DNA of 64,000 nucleotides from Lophium mytilinum (Eukaryota): NCBI GenBank assembly GCA_010093605.1, contig MU004187.1, positions 558,001 to 622,000 of the forward strand, read 5' to 3'. Shown piece by piece: positions 60,193 to 64,000 of this stretch (position 1 is its first letter; each line of letters starts with the position of its first letter). The notes under the pieces were generated by a model. It saw only the letters and a program-made list of their open reading frames with translations, ran no database searches and was not told where the DNA came from. The position numbers and the translations under genes were made by a program.

Positions 60193-61026
60193 TAAGCTTT
60201 GTGCTGGGGTAGATGGAGAGAAGAATAGTGGAGTGGTGTTTGGTGTTGGTCGGGTTGGTGATATCGCGGCTTGCAGCGGCATCGGCGTGGCTTGCGGCGG
60301 AGCGAGGGCGGTTTGTGATGCCTGCAAGGTGAGTTTGGGGTGCCCCCTGATGGGCCCTCGATTACCTAAAGGCACTCCGCTTTGCTGTGAAGGTGAGTAA
60401 TCTTCCTGAAACCGTTTAGGTGCTTGATTAGACCGCTGTCTTGCAGTCTTTTTGACAATCTCAAACTCTAGAGCGTCACAGTGCATAATACTGGAGCGCA
60501 TATATTGGCACTGTAAACCCACAGGCAATCAGAAGCTAGCGCCACCCCCACTACACCCTTGCCAGACTGCCCCTCCATTGCAGAATTTTTTTATGTCAAG
60601 GAGGGGCTTGTGTTTCGTTGCACATAGAATCAGGTCATACTGAAAAGCAAACCACAAAAAGTGGTGTTTGGTATTGGAGCAAGCCGCCCGTCTATATGAT
60701 ATGATATGGTATGGTAGGGTGTGTGGTGGGATATGGTGAAGGAAAGCAGTGTGATAACTGCCGCACACCATCGTCCAGCTGACGTGGGTGACGGACTGAT
60801 ATTAGGCACCACCGTGATGAACGATGATGGTGGGAAGAGAAGTGTGCGGTAGTAGTAGAGAAGTCCAGGTGACGCCGAGATGTCATGCAAATAGTTCAGA
60901 AAATCAGATCAACGCCCATCCATGCTGGTAATCGTCTCGCATGTGAGACACGTGAAAATAAGCACCCGTCCTGCCTCCTGCCGTGGTTTCTCCTATGTGA
61001 TGTGCAAGTCTAGATGCGGGGGACTT

Positions 61027-61826
61027 TTACTGGCTTGAGAGGAGAGTGTAGACGGGAGCGTCGAGCTTGTCGCGGCCTTTGAGGAAGTCGAGTTCGAGGA
61101 TGAAGACGTAGCCAACTAGGGTACCGCCAAGCTGCTTGACTAAGGAGCCGGCTGCGGCAGCAGATCCACCTATGATACATGTCAGCGCTGTCGAGCTTCG
61201 AACCTCACTAGATTTGTATAGTGAGACAGGAGAGAACAGAGCATACCAGTGGCAATGAGGTCATCCACCACGAGCACCTTCTGGCCCGGCTTGATCGCAT
61301 CGCTCTGCATCTGGAAGAAGTCCTGGCCATACTCCTTCTCGTAGCTCGCCGTGATACACGGCCCAGGCAGCTTGCCCTGTTTCCTGACAGGAGCAAAGCC
61401 CGCACCTATTCTCATCGCCAGGCTGGGGCCGAAGAGGAACCCCCTCGCGTCCAGCCCCACCACAACATCTGGCTTCTCGTCTGGCCCGTATGTATGGGCA
61501 ACGTGGAGGTCGAGGGCCCGGATCAACGCTTCGTGGAGGGAGGCATCGGCGAAGATGGGCATGATATCCTCGAACAGGATGCCCTTGGACGGGAAGTCGG
61601 GGATTTGGCGGACGGCCGCGCGCAGCCTTATCTTAAGACTGGCGAGTTCGGGGGGGCCGGCGGCGGCGGAGGCGGGGAGTCTTCTTTGGGCATTGGAAGT
61701 GAGGGTGGGATCGGGGCTCGAGGCGGGCGGGTGGGAGGAGGTAGATGGAGCCGTGGCTGCGGGATCTGCGGGAGCTTGAGTGGTAGAGGTAGTAGACGGG
61801 GTGGCGAGGTTGTTGGGGGAGGACAT
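61027..61826 (-). CDS. APT1: Adenine phosphoribosyltransferase
   Basis: Exons 61826-61247 and 61169-61027. [39 protein letters not shown] motif [13 protein letters not shown]. Confidence 0.96.
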
Positions 61827-62058
61827 AGTGAGGAAGAAGAGAAGAAGGGAGGAGGTTTACGGCTGGGCGGTGGTGGGATGAAAAAGTAGCACCTAGGGTG
61901 TCTTGGACTGTGCAGAGCGAGTGGGGAGGCCTAGTAGGCTCGGGACAGGGCAATTGTTTGCTTCAGAGGGCGCGGCGGTGACAGCTGGGCTGACCGTGGG
62001 ATGGAGTTAGCAATTCATCGCGCTTCCACGATAGGCGGGCTCGAATGCACGACACGCA

Positions 62059-62122
62059 GCCTGCGTTCCAGCTGCATTCTGGCTGCATTCTGGCTGCGTT
62101 TTGGCGCCGTCTTTGGCTGCAT
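62059..62122. repeat. Degenerate 11-bp tandem repeat (GGCTGCATTCT) upstream of APT1
   Basis: gcctgcgttcc agctgcattct ggctgcattct ggctgcgtttt .. ggctgcat. Confidence 0.7.
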
Positions 62123-63786
62123 CCCGGCGAGCACAACTTCCTACAGGGAATTCCGCTGTCAACGGCCATGTGTGAGTCTTCCGTAGGAGCATCAAGCGTC
62201 GCAGCGCCCGCTACACTAACTCTATTCGCCCACGGCCTCAGCTGCGACGGCCATCCCTCTGCCGCATCGCCAGGGAAAAACACGGCCAGCTTCACCACCC
62301 TGCCCGGCCCTGCCTCCGTCCCGCTGCTGCCCCGATCGAGTCGTCCCTGTGGTCCCCTCGCTGTGTCGCTGCTCTTGGTGCGCACCTCTCTTCTCTAGTC
62401 CGCAGCCATTCGGGACTTGTCGCGCCGCTCTGACAAGCTCCCGCGCGCCCTGATAAGCTGCCCGTCGCTGCCACCGCGTCCAAGATATCCAGCAAGCAGC
62501 ACTTCGGGCATCAGCGCTTTGCGTCGCAGGGCTGGCACTCCCAGCTGCCTGTCGAGGGCGAGACGTCTCACATGTGGGCGGCGTCCAGCGCCCGCCTTCC
62601 CACCTGCCCACCACTGATTGATGCGAGGGAGGGATGTATATTGGTGTGTGTGTGCATCGCGGCCTTTCACTCGAGCATCTCCAGGCGCGACTGCCGAGCC
62701 CTAGATAGATCCCGCCCAGCACCGGCGTATGGTGAGCAGGCAGCCGTCTTTTTTTATATCCCCCTTACTCAGGGCCTGTCCGGCTATATGCCCTATCCAA
62801 GCAGGTAAACCACCCCCTTCAACGTCTCCTCTCTCTCCCTCAGTGATGTAACTTCCACACTCTCCCTCTCCCCACCGAGTCCGATGCAACTCCGCGTTGC
62901 CATTACGATAGCGCCCTCGTTCCGTCTCCACGCCCTCGAAACCGCTCTTGCAGCACGCTCGCACCTTCTCCACAAAAAGCACGCCATCCTGCATCGATTC
63001 CGCACGCCGTGGAAACGCACTCTGTTAGCGATGATGCAGCCGCGCAGCCCGCAGGCGTGAGCGGGTTACGCGTTTCTGACCTCTCCTCGAAGCCATGTCT
63101 TTCTAGAAGCCCGTGAGTTGACGTCCCCACCCAGTCCACGCCCCATCCCTGCCCCCCCATTGGTCCCGCTCGCAAGCTGTTGGGTACTTGGGTACCTTGC
63201 CATGGGGCCTCGCGGGCCCCGCTGATTCGCGCGGCTCAAGAGCGTTGGGAGTGTGGGAGTGGACTCTGATACTACGCGGCATCTCCCCGTTCGGGAAGGG
63301 GCGAAAGGATGTGCAAATAACTGCGGGCACTAAAATTCTAGACCCGTGGCGATCCCTTCTAAGAGCAGCTGGAGGGCAGATTCGGGACTTCGATCGAGGC
63401 GCGCATCACTGCATATCAGGCCGGTTATCCATGTGCATCCCGATCACTCTGCAACACCCTGAGCATCGGCCGTGGTCTAGATACACCCTCCCGTACCTGT
63501 GCTGACTGACTGGCCGACGTTGCTGGCTGATTCGCAACAGAGTCTCTTTGCCCGGACACCTGAGTCGTAGAGGCTCTGAATCATACAATATACCTCATGG
63601 AAGACTATCTAGGTGCTAAATGACGCACTAAGAATGTAAGCTGCGCTATCGCAGCCGCACCGTCCGCATGTAGGTTGCGGCTATGCAACGAAATCTAGAT
63701 CCCCTGCTCCCTCCAAGCTTTTCCTGTCCTGAACGCCACTATATGCCACTTCCAAGATATACCGAAGCAGATCTAATCAGTCAACC

Positions 63787-64000
63787 TCAACTCCACGCGG
63801 ACATGTTGTTGACCACGCAGCCAGCCTCAGCCCGCTTGACCAGCTTGCCGACTTCATACACTGTCTCGCCGGCGCCTTTCAGCACGCTGATGGTCTCGCT
63901 CGCCTTGCTCTGGTCAACCACCAAAACCATTCCAAGCCCAGTGTTCCACGCTCTCGAGAACTCCACGTCCTCAATCTTCCCAGCCGCCTTCAGCCACCTA
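63787..64000 (-). CDS. ADE5,7: 3' end of bifunctional GAR synthetase/AIR synthetase (AIRS C-terminus)
   Basis: Minus frame reads RWLKAAGKIEDVEFSRAWNTGLGMVLVVDQSKASETISVLKGAGETVYEVGKLVKR..WS*, matching the PurM C-terminal FNxG(L/I)GMVLVV signature. Confidence 0.88.
   Translation of the reverse strand, partial: RWLKAAGKIEDVEFSRAWNTGLGMVLVVDQSKASETISVLKGAGETVYEVGKLVKRAEAGCVVNNMSAWS

Noticed and set aside
1..64000. tRNA, rRNA, spliceosomal snRNA, TPP riboswitch, CRISPR array, intact transposase
   Set aside because: No diagnostic signatures were found by eye; a covariance-model search would be needed to exclude them formally.

Overview
This is eukaryotic DNA from a filamentous ascomycete, probably Pezizomycotina. 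The assignment rests on short GT-AG introns with CTRAY branch sites and on the gene content; the species cannot be fixed from sequence alone. I reconstructed about 26 intron-containing protein genes by hand. Conserved genes include ERG7 (partial), a WDR89-like gene, SDH3, SAR1, TAF6, a nitronate monooxygenase, QTRT2, cysB, YCG1, a RidA/MMF1 gene, APT1 and ADE5,7 (partial). Two more accessory-looking blocks interrupt them. The first (~11.7-27.4 kb) holds a CYP7-like P450, an Aim6-like phosphodiesterase, a small spliced gene, an ENA Na+/K+-ATPase and a PTH11-like receptor. The second (~48-59 kb) holds a DUF3176-like protein, an ABM protein, a HET-domain gene and an NLR-like gene. Most notable: (1) a ~1.5-kb gene-free segment at 23.46-24.92 kb that folds into a nested multi-branch structure with G-U pairs favouring the + strand, a candidate unannotated large ncRNA; (2) a HET effector gene tail-to-tail with an NLR-like gene carrying two tandem STAND NTPases (NB-ARC + NACHT) and no sensor repeats; (3) a 2-nt microexon in SAR1; (4) apparent GAG 3' splice sites; (5) two small spliced ORFs missed by the ORF track; (6) an exact CBC:HapX motif upstream of SDH3. 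No tRNA, rRNA or CRISPR array was seen. All exon structures and helices were read by eye and not computed.
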